From the human T2T-CHM13v2.0 reference genome, Homo sapiens: 64,000 nucleotides of DNA. Below the pieces are notes generated by a model. The model saw nothing but the letters and a program-made list of their open reading frames with translations, searched no databases and was not told the DNA's origin. This document shows, piece after piece, positions 12,105 through 25,989 of this stretch. The position numbers and the translations under genes were made by a program. Location of the stretch: the NCBI RefSeq assembly GCF_009914755.1, contig NC_060929.1. One strand, given 5' to 3'. The number at the start of each line of letters is the position of its first letter. The stretch's first letter is position 1.

Positions 12105-13330
12105 CTCATTCAAAGGGAAGGATGATCAGAATAGTCAAAAGGCAGAAGTCAAATATATACTATATATAACACATACAATATAAATATAAAGACATAGAGT
12201 GAAAGTAAAATGTTGGAAAAATTATACTATGCAGCCATAGCATAATAAAGCTGGTACAGTTAAATTAGTACACAGCAAAATAAATTTCCAGACAAAGAAT
12301 ATTACAGAAGACAAATGGGAACTTCACATAATGATAAAAGTAACATTTCACAAGAAAGACATGGCAATTCTCAATATATAAGCACCTAATAAATAGGTGT
12401 TAAAGCTCAAGAAGCAAAACTGATATAGCCAACAGGGAAAATAGACACATTTGTAGAATCAGAGATTAAACATCCATTTCTTGGTATTGATAAAACAAGC
12501 AGAAAAAAAGTGGTGAGGATGTTGCAGATGTAACATCACTATCGATCAACTGTACCTAATTGGCATTTATAGAGCATTAAAACTTCAACTATTGAATACA
12601 CTTGATTTTCAAAAGAAAGACTTTATATAGCTACTTCACCAAGATGGACCACATGCCAGGTCATAAAAAAGTCTCAATAAATTTCAAAAGTAAATAACAT
12701 TTTACAAAGTACATTTTCTGACCACAACACAATTAAATCAATACCAATAAGATACTAATCCAAAAATCCCCAAATATTTAAAAATTAACTAATTTATTTT
12801 AAAATAACCTGTGGATCTAGAAAACAATATCAAATTAGAAAACATGTTAAGTGAATGACAACAAAAAGCAAACAAATCAAAATATGGTGGGTAAAGTAAA
12901 GCAATACTTAGAGGAAAATATATAACTGGAAAGGTCTGTATTTGAAGAAAAGAAAGGTATAAAATCAGTGATCTAAGTTTTCGTCATATGAAGTTAGAAA
13001 AAGAACAAGCTACATCCAAAATAAGTAGAATTCAGGAAATAATAAAAGATAAAAGCATGTATCCATGAAATAAAGAGCAAACAGTAGATAAAATTAACAA
13101 AGCCAAATGTTGACTCTTGGAAAATATTTATAATACAGGTAAGCCCCTAGAAAAGTTATTTTACAAAAATCATGAATGACCAATATGAGGCATGAAAGGA
13201 AGGACCTCACTACAGACATGAAAGGTTAATAAGGGAGTTTTATAAACAACTCTATGCCAGTAAGTGCGACAAAGCAGATGAAATAAATATATTTCTTGAA
13301 AAACATAGTTTACTAAAACATTCAAGATTT
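12105..13330 (+). mobile_element. Decayed L1M ORF2 endonuclease-region fragment
   Basis: Recognisable degenerate L1 EN sequence (ATAAGCACCTAATAA; GACCACATGCCAGGTCATAAAAAAGTCTCAATAAATT; TTTTCTGACCACAA); multiple stops. Confidence 0.8.
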
Positions 13331-14179
13331 CCCTCAATATTACCTCAGGGTAATATTCATCTTTAACGTAAGATTTGATTGTTACCCAAAGCACATCAGA
13401 GGAATCAGGATAATTAATATTAATACTAATATTTTATCTCAAAATAGTATGATGCTTATTAAATGAAAATACTGAATTTCTTATGAAACTCATTATGTAA
13501 TTTCTAATTGAAACAAATTGTTTTGGTAATATTTAAACAATAGTATTATCAATGAAAAAAGCACAGAATTTCAATGTGATTAGTTTAAGGACCATGACTT
13601 TTTTAATATGTTTTAATCATAATTACTCATAATTTTGTAGTCATGAAATATGCGCCATTTATTTCTATTTTTGCACTGAAAGTTCAGCTTTAACGTACAA
13701 ACATTCTCTGCAGAATTCTTAAAATAAATTCTTTCCTTTTGTCCTGAAACCTCCTTAAACTTCTGCTCTTCCCTTGTATCATCAGGCTTGGGGAATTAGT
13801 GATAACACACTCATTCAGTGATACAAAAGATGCACATTCATGGATGGCAGATGTGTTTTTCTTTGCCATCCATCCCAATAATTTAAACAAATAGAATGCA
13901 CTTATGGAGTGTGCAGTCTTCAGCTTGTCACAGTTTTTATCATTTGTCAATGGTAAATACAATCCGATATTCCACATCCTTTAGTTAACTGCCTGGTATG
14001 TGTAGGTATTTGAGTTTGAAATAAGTTTCTTTCCATACCACTGCACTGAAACTGATCACTCAAGTATCACTAATCAGCACCTATCAAAAAAAAATAGAAT
14101 TTACTTAGTCTTTATACTCAAGCATGTCTCTACAACACTGAGCACTCTTTGACCATTCCCATCCTTTTGAAATAGTCTG

Positions 14180-14230
14180 GTGTGTGTGTGTGTGTACGCG
14201 CACGCGTGTGTGTGTGTGTGTACATGTGTG
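14180..14230. repeat. (TG)n microsatellite with central TACGCGCACGCG
   Basis: Directly visible alternating purine-pyrimidine tract. Confidence 0.95.
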
Positions 14231-14262
14231 TTATCCAATAAAAATCTCTTGGTTTGCCTTTA

Positions 14263-14539
14263 CTCTCGCTCTGTTGCCCAGGCTGGAGGGCAGTGGCGTG
14301 ATCTTGGCTCACTGCAACCTCCACCTCCTGGGTTCAGGCGATCTTCATGTCTCAGCCTCCCAAGTAGGTGGTACTACAGGCACACACCACTATGATAAGC
14401 TTATTGTTGTGTTTTTAGTAGAGGCGGGGTTTCACCATGTTAGCCAGGATGGTCTTGAACTCCTGGCCTCAAGTGGTCTAGCCGCCTGGGCCTCCCAAAA
14501 TGCTGGAATTACAGGCATGAACCACACCGTGCCCAGCCA
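14263..14539 (-). mobile_element. Old Alu (J/early S) lacking its 3' end and poly-A tail
   Basis: Alu body from CTCTCGCTCTG to GCCCAGCC; no poly-T precedes it. Confidence 0.9.
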
Positions 14540-14545
14540 GCCTTT

Positions 14546-14991
14546 TGTATTAGTTTTCTAGGGATGCTGTAGCAAAATACAAAAACTGGGTGGCTTGAAA
14601 CAATAGAAATTTGTCTACGGTTCTGAAGGCTAGAGGTACAAAGGCAAGGTGTTGGCAGAGCCATGCTCTCTCTGATGGCTCCAGGGGCGAATTCTTCCTT
14701 GACCCTGTAGCTTCTGGTATTTGCTGGCAATCCTTAGAATTCTTTAGTTTGTAGATGTCTCATGTCCAGTCAAATGGTCATCTTTAAATTGTCTCCCTCT
14801 CTGTGTGTCTGTGTTTAAATTTCCCCTTTGATGAGGACATCAGTCATATTGGATCAAAACCTACCCTAATAACCTCATCTAAACCTAGTTTGATCTGCAA
14901 AAACCATATTTCCAAAAAAGGTCACACTGTTAGCTACTAGGGGTTAGGACTTTAACCTATCTTTTTATGGGACACAATTCAATCCATAATA
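14546..14991 (-). mobile_element. MLT1C/B MaLR LTR
   Basis: TGTATTAGTTTTCTAGGG...GGACACAATTCAATCCATAA ends. Confidence 0.85.
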
Positions 14992-15039
14992 TCATCTGTC
15001 TTTTTGCTACTGCTTTTTTCTGTTCCTTTTTTCTTCTTC

Positions 15040-16350
15040 GAATCCACGTAGGAATTCTCAAAGGGTTGGTTCTTGGCCCTCTGTGCTGATTTTCTATACT
15101 CTTTGTCGTGACAATAGCATGATTTCAAATATTTCCTCTGTGCTAACACTTCCTAAATCTCCACTTCCAGACCGTCTTTTGAGCTTCAGTCTTACATTTC
15201 AAGTTGCTTGCTAGAACTTTCCACCTGGATACCCCAGGAATCACAAACCCAATATATCCTCAGTCTAAACACAAACTGTTCCTTCTGTTACTATTATAAA
15301 TTTGAAATCATATAGGTAAAATAGGAAGAAACTCTCTTCCTTTATACTCCACATCTAGAGAGTTACTCAGGACTTCAGATTTAACTTTTGTATAACTAAG
15401 AATTGCTATGAGCTTGGGTTCAGGAGTAACATTATCTGGGTTAAAATCCTGGCTCAGACAATTGCTAAGCGTGATCTGGTGCCCTGTGATTCTTAAGTGC
15501 AAAATAGGGAAAATATTATATACCTAATAGGGTTGTTTTGTGGAAACAATAAAATAACACATTAGTGCCCCTACAGAAGTGCCTGCAATAGTAAATAATT
15601 ATTGCGGCTATAATAATTGTTAATAGTAAGAAAAAGTACTATATGTCACTTTATCTCTATTCCCACTTCTTTCATTCTGTTTTCAGACTTCATCGTTATT
15701 CACCCGCAATTTATAGCTAACTTGTCTCCTTACCTCCAATCTCTCCACATTCTAATCCAGTCTGCAGACATCTTCCAGATTAATCACCCTGTACCATGGC
15801 TCTGTTCGTTCCCCAGGGCACAATCCTTCACTGACTCCCCATTGTCTACGAAATAAAAGGCCCTCTGGTCCCAAACCTGCTTTCCAACCTCATTTTCTAC
15901 CACTCCCTTCATATATCAAATACTTCAACCAAACGGAGCTGTTTGACATTCTCCATACATGCTGCATATTTTGACACCTGTGTGCTCCTATTTATGTAGC
16001 TCCCCTGCCTCAAACCCAATCTTGCTCAAATCCCAACCAGCCTTGCCGGCCCAGTTGAAATGCTGTCTGCTAGAAAAAGCTTTCCTCAATCATCTCAGCT
16101 AGAAGTAATCTTGCTCTATTTTAAAACTGAGTAGTGTCTCTCATTTACACATTCACCTCCCAAATACTTACTGAATGCAAATTATGTATCAAAATTATAT
16201 ATCAAGTACTAAAGTAGGGACTGGGAAACAGTAGTAAAGACAATGGACATGGCTCTTGTCTTCATGGAGCTTGTGATCAGAGAGACATATATTAAATGAG
16301 TTAATTTAGAAGTGAGAATATAATTTTAATCTGTGATATCTACCCTGAAG
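15040..16350. mobile_element. Cluster of L2 fragments with a MIR (~15390-15600)
   Basis: L2 motifs (TCCACCTGGATACCCC, CCTTGCCGGCCCAGTTGAAATGC, CTTCATGGAGCTT) and MIR core (CTGGGTTAAAATCCTGGCTC). Confidence 0.6.
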
Positions 16351-18266
16351 TACCAATTTTATTATAGTAATTAACTTATGTATCTTATTTCTCTCTACAT
16401 GACAGCTGAATATTAGAACTATCTTTTGATCCTTTCTACTTAACAAAATATTTTGTTTGTCAGAATTTCAATAGCTGTTATTATTGGTATGCTAATTTTT
16501 GGTGCATTTTAATGACTGTAAATAAAGGTACAAAAGGGAGTCAAGTTGGAATCCTCTAGTCAATAAGAGAATAATGTAGACAATTCTCCTATGAGTCATT
16601 TTTATTCTATAAAAAATATTTTCTAGAATAAAAGAGAAGAAAATTGCCAAATCAGCATATTGAAAAAGTTCTGGCAACATTTATGTAACTTGGCTCATAT
16701 TATTTAAATTGTTTGTGTCATAATTTGCTCATTTGTAGAATGAGGGTCATCACATGGTTAAGTGGTCTTTCAAAAGTATGCCTAAATGAAGTGGTCCATC
16801 TAACAGTACTATGAAATCTCTAAATCTTTAAATGTTATTTTTGAAATTTTTACATTGGTTTTAGAAATAAGTTGAGAAGAAGCCTCTGGAATGTATGTCA
16901 TGAGCTAACTCGATAGTATAATGGAGTGATCAATCTAAATATTTTATTACAGATAAAGAAAGAAGGTGGAGGAATAGTCAGATCTCGAGATTACAAGTGG
17001 CAGCACCCAGCTCAAAGTAGTTTAAGTCTTTCAAAACAAGGGGTGGGGTGGGGCCAGCATTCAGTTTATCCCCTCTTCTCTGTTTTCTACTGGACACATA
17101 AGGAGATTTGGCTTTTCTTCTCTTTTTTCTCTTAGGGGTATGTGATTTCCAGGGAAATGCATTAACAATACTGGCATGGGCCTCATAATTGCACCTTTAA
17201 CTGAGAGATGGGGCACCGTGATTATCCAGGCTGAGTTCCCATGCCTATCTCTGTGCTAACAACTCTGTCGAAATAAAATAATTGGATTGGTGAGGAACAG
17301 CTCTCCAAATAGAAGCAGAAGATCTATTCTAGAATGAGGGGTGGAAAACTGTACTGTCAAAGCCAATAGACATCTATAACATTGACTCATTTTCCATTTC
17401 ATCTTCATACATCAAAACTTCAACCTAAGTAGACTATTTGACATTCTTCATACACACTGCATGTTTCAGCATCTGTGAACTTTTATTTGTGTTATTACCC
17501 TTCAAACATAGTTAAGTTCTGCCCTCAAGCATGGTTGAATTTCTTACCTAACAATTAATAAGGAGTGAGTGCCACTTTTAGTTAGAATGTAGAAGGTTTC
17601 AAGATATGATCAAACTTGCACTAACAATGATAATTATCCAGATGTGCTATTAAGTCATAGCATTTTAGAAGCCCATCTCAGAGCAGAGAATACAAAGAAG
17701 TGTAAATGAACTAAAATGCAAACAATAACAAATTATTCTTAAAAGGCAAAGATTCACAACTGAAAGAGATACCCCACGAAGAGAGCTGGCCTTCTTGAAG
17801 TGTGAGACGGTGATGATGAAAGCTCAGGCAAGGCATCAGAGCTAAGAGGAAGCCTCTTAAGACCACCAGGTTCTCACTGAATGTGAGGCAGTGGCTTCCA
17901 AAGACTGGGGATGGGCAAGCGAACTGAGAGACTTCCCACTGAGGTACTCTAGGTCTTCATCAAGGGTAATCCCAAGGTCTTCCTTGGCAGCAGGAACCAG
18001 GGTAAACAGTAGTCTTTCCAGGCACAGAATGCTGAGTGTGGGCCTGGAAGAAAAGGGTATTAACTTTCCAGTGAGCCTCAAAACATTTCAAACTAATAGT
18101 GGACTGAAATGTATTTATAGCTGCAACAAAGCCTACACCCATTTCCATTAAAGTTTAGATTGATTCAGCCCCCCACCCCCAACACTATGGCCTGACAGAG
18201 GAGACATGCCGTCTTGCCGTCTTCTAAGGGTAAATATTAATGAAGCTTTACTTCAATCTCTACTGC

Positions 18267-18267
18267 A

Positions 18268-18345
<78 letters not shown>
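18267..18345. repeat. Compound (TA)n(GA)n microsatellite
   Basis: Directly visible; ~14 pure TA units followed by ~21 GA units. Confidence 0.98.
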
Positions 18346-18346
<1 letters not shown>

Positions 18347-18765
18347 ACATAGCATATAAATCAAAAATTATGAGGCAAGTGAAGAAACAAGAAAATGTGA
18401 CTGATGGTGAAAAGAGGAAACCGTCGATAGAAGCAGACCCAGAAGTGGCCCAGCTATTGGGCTTATCACACAACAATTTTACAGTAACTATGATAAATAT
18501 ATTGAAGGATCTAGTGATGATAAATATGTTAAAGGATTTAGTGGAAAAGATGAACAGTGTGTACCAGCAAATGGAAATTTCAGCAGAGAGACCAAAAATG
18601 TATTAAAGAATAAAATGGAAATGTTAGAAATGTGAAATGAAATGTGGAAAATGAAAAAATTTTTGATAGACTTACACAGCAGACTGGACTGAGAATAAAA
18701 ACAGATTTAGTGAACTAGTAGACAGATTAATGTAAACTTCCAAACTGAAAGTATATGTAAACACC

Positions 18766-19150
18766 GTATTAGTTTGCTAGGTCTACTGTAACAAAATACC
18801 ACAGATGTGGTGATTTGAAAATCAGAAATTAATTTATTCCAATTCTGGAAACTAGAAGCCTGAGAACAAGGTGGTTAGCAGGGTTGGCCTACTTTGAGGA
18901 CTCTCTCCTTGGCTTGTAGACGGCTGTCTTCTCTCTGACTCTTCACATGGTCTTCCTCCTGTACTTGTCTACATCCAAATTTCCTCTTATAAGGACACCA
19001 ATCATATCAGATAAGGGCCCTCCCCAGTGACCTAGTTTAAACTTAATTACCTCTTTAAAGACACCATCTCCAAATACGGTCACCTCAGAAGGTACTGGAA
19101 GTTAGGAGTTCAACATATAAATTTTTGTTGAACACAATTCAGCTTAGACA
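18766..19150 (-). mobile_element. MLT1B MaLR LTR nested in L1M
   Basis: TATTAGTTTGCTAGG...CTTGGCTTGTAGACGGCTGTCTTCTC...TATAAGGACACC...ACACAATTCAGC. Confidence 0.85.
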
Positions 19151-19278
19151 CATGGGAAAAATATCAATAGTCTAATATGCATGTAATTGGAATCTTAGAA
19201 GTAGAGACAGACAGTGGTATATAAGAAATATTTAAGGAAATTATGGGAGAAAATTTTCCAAGATTCATGAAAGACATC

Positions 19279-19696
19279 TGTGTTAGGCCATTCTTGTATT
19301 GCTGTAAAGGAATACATGAGACTGGGTAATTTATAAAGAAAAGAGGTTTAATTGGCTCACGGTTCTGCAGACTGTACGAGCATGACACCAGCATCTGCTT
19401 GGCTTCTGGTGAGGGCCTCAGGAACCTTACAGTCATGGTAGGAGGCAAAGGGGGAGCAGGTGCATCACATGGGGTGAGGACAGGAGTGGAGGTCGGGTGG
19501 GGGTGTCACATACTGCTGAACAAACAGATCTCAATGAGAACTCACTCACTCTTGGGAGGACAGCACCACACAGATTGCACTAAACTGTTTATGAGAAATC
19601 TTCCCTCACAATCCAAACACCTCCCACCAGGTCTCACTTCCAACACTGTAGATTACATCTCAACATGAGATTTGGAGGGGTATCTAAATTACATCA
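19279..19696 (-). mobile_element. MSTA/MSTB MaLR solo LTR nested in L1M
   Basis: TG...CA termini; GAGACTGGGTAATTTATAAAGAAAAGAGGTTTAATTGGCTCAC; 5-bp TSD ACATC at 19274-19278 and 19697-19701. Confidence 0.9.
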
Positions 19697-22600
19697 ACAT
19701 CAACATCAACATCCGAGTTCAGAGAATCCCCAAGCTGGATAAGTCCACCCAGACATGTCACTGTCAAACGGCTAAAAACTAAAGACAAAGAAGTGATTTC
19801 CAAAGAAGCATCTATAAAGCAGAGGTGGGGGTGGGTGATGCGTTTCATCAGGGACAACACTTGGAAAAGTGACACATGATGCCTACCTTCTTATCAGAAA
19901 CAATGAAGACAGTGAATCAGTATCATTAAAAAGCTGAATGGGGAGGGGGGAACTGTCAATTTAGAATCCCCAATTCGGCAAAATTATCCTTCAGAAATGA
20001 AGCAGGAATAAAACGTTTCAGACAAAAGATGGGAGAATTTGTCTCAAGAAAGCTGCACCACAAGTATTGTTAAAATAAATTCTTCAGGCCGAAATGAATT
20101 AACGGCAAATGGGACCCAGGTCTGCAGAAGTCAATGAAGAACACCAGGAATAGTGAAGATGGGGTAGGCTTAAGAGATTTCTAATTATTTAATGTAACAA
20201 TGATAATGTGTTGTGGGTTTATACTACATGTAGAAATAAGCAAACAAAAAGCAAAGTCATCTAACATCAAGGTTAATGCTTTCAATACTAACCATCCTAG
20301 TTTCTATAAGGAAGATTTTATTGTAAACTACTGAGCATATATCTAGAGAAGATTTAGCCTTCAAAATTAGTCAAAAAGAAAAAAGGCATTCATCGACCAT
20401 GTCTTTATTTCCTTCTTTTAAAATGTCTCTCCCATTTTCTACTCTCTTATTTTTCTTAAGCTGCACATATTGTATATAATATATAACCATATAGAATATT
20501 AGATTGCATATGTAATATAATAGACACATATAGTCTATGAGCAGATATCAACCAATACTTTAGAAAATTCCCTGTTCAATAAGAATTTAGGGAGAAAAAA
20601 GTATGAAAGCAACATCAACACCAGCTTGAGAGCAGAATTTGTGCACACACAATTTGCTATGGAAGTCTTCTGTGGAAGCACTAAATTTCTTTGAATCAAT
20701 TATCTCTCCCTGAGCCATGGGCTTTGCCTTGCCTTGGTGCAACAGAGGCCTCATCATCCTTCCTCTTACACTGGGCACTGATTATCAAACATCCTCTGTT
20801 GTGCTGCTTGAACTACCATCCAATTCCCCTGCAGTCAATCTCAAGTAAAACTGAAAGGCTATGTTAAAAGAGCACCAACCTTCAAAGTTGCATGTGGAAA
20901 ATATTCATTTTCGCACTCTGTGATTGAAGTCAGAGATGTCTTACTGTCAGAATTCTCAAATGTCACTCCTTCTATGAGAGCATAGAGGCCATAGGAAGTG
21001 TGTGAAACTTTCCTTTTAAAAGAACTCCAAGTGAATACTTAGTGGCAACAGAAGGTGCCAGGTTGAAAAATGAAAGCAACAGGGCCTTGTGAAAAAACTG
21101 AGCTCTAGGATCTCAGCTGGGATGGTGCTAATAATGATGACATCACTGCATAATGTGGCATTAATTTCCTGATTCCCATTTCTAAATTGGAGGGTAAAAT
21201 GATGACCTGGCTCAGGGGTCAAGTGTTGAAAGACTTGATCAGTTAAGCGCTATGAATTAGAGATGATAACTGGCGCTGGTGCCCAGGAGATTTGGCTTCC
21301 TGTCTCAGTTCTTTCATAATCTGTCTCTATGCCAGTAGGTATTCTACATCTCTGAGGTGCCATTCCCTTATTGCAAAATGAGGGGTTGGAATTGATGAGG
21401 TCTGAGATTCTTTTCAAGGCTGAAATTTTATGAGTGAATGTTCTGAAGTCTCTATGAGTAGAGTTAGTTTTCCATAGGAAGTTTTAAACAAAGCAAAAAA
21501 AAAATGACTTACGGTCAAAATTAACCTTGAAAATTCCAGGCTGTACACTAATTTACCATCTATTATTTTTATTTAATTTCAACACAGCCAGGTTTTTCTT
21601 CAGTGTCTATGGGAATACAAGTTAGGACAGTTGACTTGTGTTTAAGGACTTTATTGTGTGGAAAATGCTAATCTTTATGTATTTAGTCCCAAGATATCAT
21701 TTTTTTGTGTCTAATTTGTGACTTTGGAGTATAACAGTAATTATTCAGGGGTTTACTTCATTTAAGTTAATATGCAATGCACTAATAACAAATTTGTAAG
21801 CCTAGTTCTACCTTAAGCTTTTCAATTCAGCATATAAAAGTTATTATTCTATTTATAAGTATAACAAATTTTAGTAATTATCTTTAAGGAAGCGTTTGAT
21901 TACTGTTTGATCCCACTTACAAATTTAGTTAATTAAACAACTTCAAACTTTTAAATTGCATGTATAAATTTAATATACTGTATTTGATTTCCTTTTAATT
22001 ACTTCAATTGTTGGATGAAACTTAACAAGAAATTAAGTAATGCTTATATGTTTTATAAATACAACTTCGTATAAATCAAATAAAAATTTGATTGTTTTTA
22101 AGTTCTGCTCTACGTTCCAATACTTCATGGTAAGATATCAATTTTAAACACACATCCAAATTTATTTCTCAATTTTACATTTTAAAGTGGAACTGAAAGA
22201 CTCTCTAGTTATTAGGTCAAAATCTTGCATGTGTTATAAATATAAGAAAAAACACTGTTATCTTAATACAGAACTATTCCTATTATAGTTTTTTCTTTTA
22301 ACTATTTTCTATATTTTATTGTAAATGAATATGCCTGAGGTTAAAAATCATACTCATTAAGAAGTTAATTATGTTACCTCATGCAATTTAGGGGTATGTC
22401 TCCTCAGCCAGTTGAAATCAAATGAGTAAAAATATACTAGGCAATAGAGATATGTTGATGTGCAGACAAACATCCAGATGAGCAAATATCCGTGTATTTG
22501 TGCAGATATCTAGATATGCATTCCATCCTTGATCCCAATTGCTGAGCTGAGCCCCTTCCCACAGTCATCTGTCTTCAACTCTACAACTTAGAAGAAAAGA

Positions 22601-22720
22601 TACTCACTGACTCCACTTCCTTCAGTTTGAGACAATACTACCTAATTAATCTAATCACCTCAAAAATCAGCTATTCTACCCAGGCTACTACATTATTTGA
22701 TTAAATTTGCACCCTTATGA

Positions 22721-22990
<270 letters not shown>

Positions 22991-23846
22991 TAGAGTCACT
23001 AGCCAGGAGCCAGAAATTCTTATACTGGTGTTTTGCAACTTTCTAACTATATGACACTGTGCAATTTGCTTGGCCTCTCTGGGCATTACATAGTCATAGC
23101 AGACTTGAGGAAACTGAGAAGAAGGTGTCGTTATGATCTGAGCTCAGTATCTTCTCCCAGTGTCTAAACTCCAAGCTGATTGTAAGCAAGTGAATTAGGA
23201 AGATATCTATCTCAGAGAGGAAATAAAAGCAGAGGATTGAATTGAAAAGGTATGGAAAGTTTAGGAAGAGTAAAAGAAGTTTAATGAGAGGGAACAGCAG
23301 AGGGAGGTTGTGAGGAAGTTGATGTGACTCCAGGGCCAAAGATGACACCTCCCTCCAGGACTCAAGAGGACCAGAGGAGGACTCCGTAGTCATCTAGTAT
23401 GTCTATTCCAACATGAACCCAAGAACTGGGGAAACAATGCCAGGGCGGTCTGTGTCCCCACTAGGTTCACTGCAAGATGGAGACAGGCCAAGACTCCATT
23501 AATCTTCTAGCCTCCCCTCTGATTGGTGACCACAGCATTTAGGGTCCTCACAGATTAACATCAACTCAGCACCCACATCTAGTAATTCCCTAAAGATCTG
23601 AGTTCCCCCTTCCCCAGTACACAGTTATCTGGTCAAGTAGACATAGGCTTCTTTACAGAAGGTCTATGTGAATATTTTCAGGGTATACTATGGCTGAGTC
23701 ACTTTATACAAAAACCTAGGCTCTCTTTATCCTTAGAGATTCCCAGTTCGGCTAATTGGTTCAGATCTAGGAATTAGGGAAGAGGCCATTATTCTCCATT
23801 ATAATTATTCCAGTAAGGTCCCTGTCTTCCAGACCTAGATTTTTGG

Positions 23847-24154
23847 CATACGTCCCTCAGTGTCTGTGGGGCATTGGTTCCAGGATTCCCCACAGATACC
23901 AAAATCCTCAGATACTCAAGCCCGTTATCCAAAATGGTGTAGTATTTGCATATAGCCTTTGCACATCCTCCCACATATGTTAAACCATCTCTAGATTACT
24001 TATGAGACTTAATATTATGTAAATGATATATAAATAGTTGTTATACTGTATTCTTAAAATTTGTATTATATTTTATTGTTTTTTTCAAGTATTTTTGATC
24101 TGCAGCTGGTTGGAATCTATGGATATAGAACTTATAATTATAGAGAGCCACCTG
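23847..24154. mobile_element. MER2 (TcMar-Tigger MITE)
   Basis: GTCCCTCAGTGTCTGTGGGG..TTGGTTCCAGGA..GATACCAAAATC..CATCTCTAGATTACTTA; ends CTG-TA. Confidence 0.85.
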
Positions 24155-24192
24155 TACAGACATCAGTACAATCGTTGGTTAACTGACTAATT

Positions 24193-24396
24193 CAGGGTTA
24201 GCAAATGCTTTTCTGTAGTAGGCTAGACAGTAATTATCTTAGACATTTCAGACTATATGATCTCAGTTGCAAGTGTAGTGTTAAAACAGTCATAGAAAAC
24301 ACACATATGAAAGGGCAAGACAGTATTCCAATAAAACTTGATTTATAAAATAGCATGTTGGATTTGGTCCTTGGGCCATAGATTTCCAACCTCTTG
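24193..24396. mobile_element. MER58A (hAT-Charlie MITE)
   Basis: CAGGGTTAGCAAA ... TTCCAATAAAACTT ... GGGCCATAG..CCAACCTCTTG; CTAATT on both flanks. Confidence 0.8.
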
Positions 24397-24921
24397 CCTA
24401 ATTTTATCTGAAGGACCTTTGATCAATTAGACAATACCAAGAATGCCCTCCTGACAAAACATTCTAACAAACACTCCAGGCCTGATGCCCATTATTGTAA
24501 CTGCATCCTCCTTGTCATTGAACCTCTGCCTCTTCCTTCTTACCACGGAAATCAGGCAGCCCCTTTCAATGATGTCCTTTTCCATAATAGTCTCCTGCAC
24601 AGGAGAGCCACCATGAAGCTACTCAAGGATCCTAGTTTTCCTGTCATTCAGGCTTTCTCAGTGCCATGGGGAATGAAGAATTGTCTAGACAGTACCAGGG
24701 AACATGGAAGCGAGTGAGTAGCACATGATAAATATACTGCAGTATTCTTATCTTCTACATCCTTGGATTTCTTTTTAAAAATTATTCCAGGGAAGTTCTG
24801 TCATCACAAACTCATTAAATACCTATCACTATTGAGTCAATGTTTTAATCAACCAAAGAAGCTGTGAGAGCCACTTCTGATCCATTATTTTGTACCCTTT
24901 GGCATAAAAGATTATGTAACA

Positions 24922-25060
24922 GAGCCAGGCGCATTGGCTTGCATCTGTAATCCCAGGTCCTTGGGAGGCTGAGGCCAGAGAATTGCTTGAGCTTTGGAGT
25001 TCGAGACCAGCCTGGGTAACATAATAAGAACCCTCAATCCCTAAAAACAAAACCAAACAA
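24922..25060 (+). mobile_element. FLAM-C / Alu left monomer
   Basis: Single monomer with GTTCGAGACCAGCCTGGG B-box region and A-rich tail. Confidence 0.85.
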
Positions 25061-25989
25061 ATTATATAATTAGTTCCAGATTTCTTTGTTTATAACAACC
25101 TTGCCATCCTTTCCTACATATGATATCCAGGGTTTTGCTAATATAAATTATGTGAGTCTTCGGTATAATTCCTTCACTATGTAGGCTATCTTCTTCTAGG
25201 TCAAACTTTGCTTTTACGTTCCTGGACCTACGGGGATCTAACTCTGGCTTTGGGCAGGAAGGCAATGAGATGGAATGAGCATATCTCTTGAAAATAATTG
25301 ACATCTTCTTGCAAAGTAACTGCTTCAGTTGAGCTCGTTATAGTTTCTCAAAGCAAAGGAAGACTAGTTTCCTCTTTCTTTAGAAACAAGGGCTAGTTCC
25401 TTTGGAAAAGAAGGCTCAGAGGGATTAGGATTTTCAAAGCTTTTAGATTAATCTGTACCCACTCGCAAACCTTCATTCCAATTTTCAGATTTCTAGTCCA
25501 TATTAACCAACGCCCTGGTGCTTACATAAGAGACATGCTGAAGCTATGAAGGCAACTGATGTTGCAACAACTCATGGGATCAAATCTGAGGTCTGACTTT
25601 CAGTGGCACAGTTCTATAACCTCATGAGATACTCTATCGGGGCCATCACAGAACCTCTCCATCCATATTTTATGGTGAGAATGTAAAGCCCAGAGACTGT
25701 CCCTTTCTGTCAGTAAGTTCTCTGTTGTAGTCAGAAGCTACTTATCACCCCTCAGTCCTTGTAAACGTGTTCACCATGAAACAGTCACTTGGCAACCTCA
25801 AGCTTAGACATTAATAGGTACATCATCTCAGGCAATGTCAGGGAATAATTTTAGTTACTCTCTTGCCACTGCATGACATGTACTAGTTTTCCATTTTCTG
25901 TTGACAGTGGGATTACAACTGTATTTAGGCCCGAGCAGATTACATAACCAATTCCAGATGTATTTGTTTCCGGGGACACTCACTGATAA

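Larger units (their letters stand above)
17565..20240 (+). mobile_element. Ancient L1M 5'/ORF1 region with nested LTRs and microsatellite
   Basis: L1M motifs (GAAATTATGGGAGAAAATTTTCCAAG; AAAATTATCCTTCAGAAATGAAG); 27-bp tandem duplication at about 18490-18543. Confidence 0.7.
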
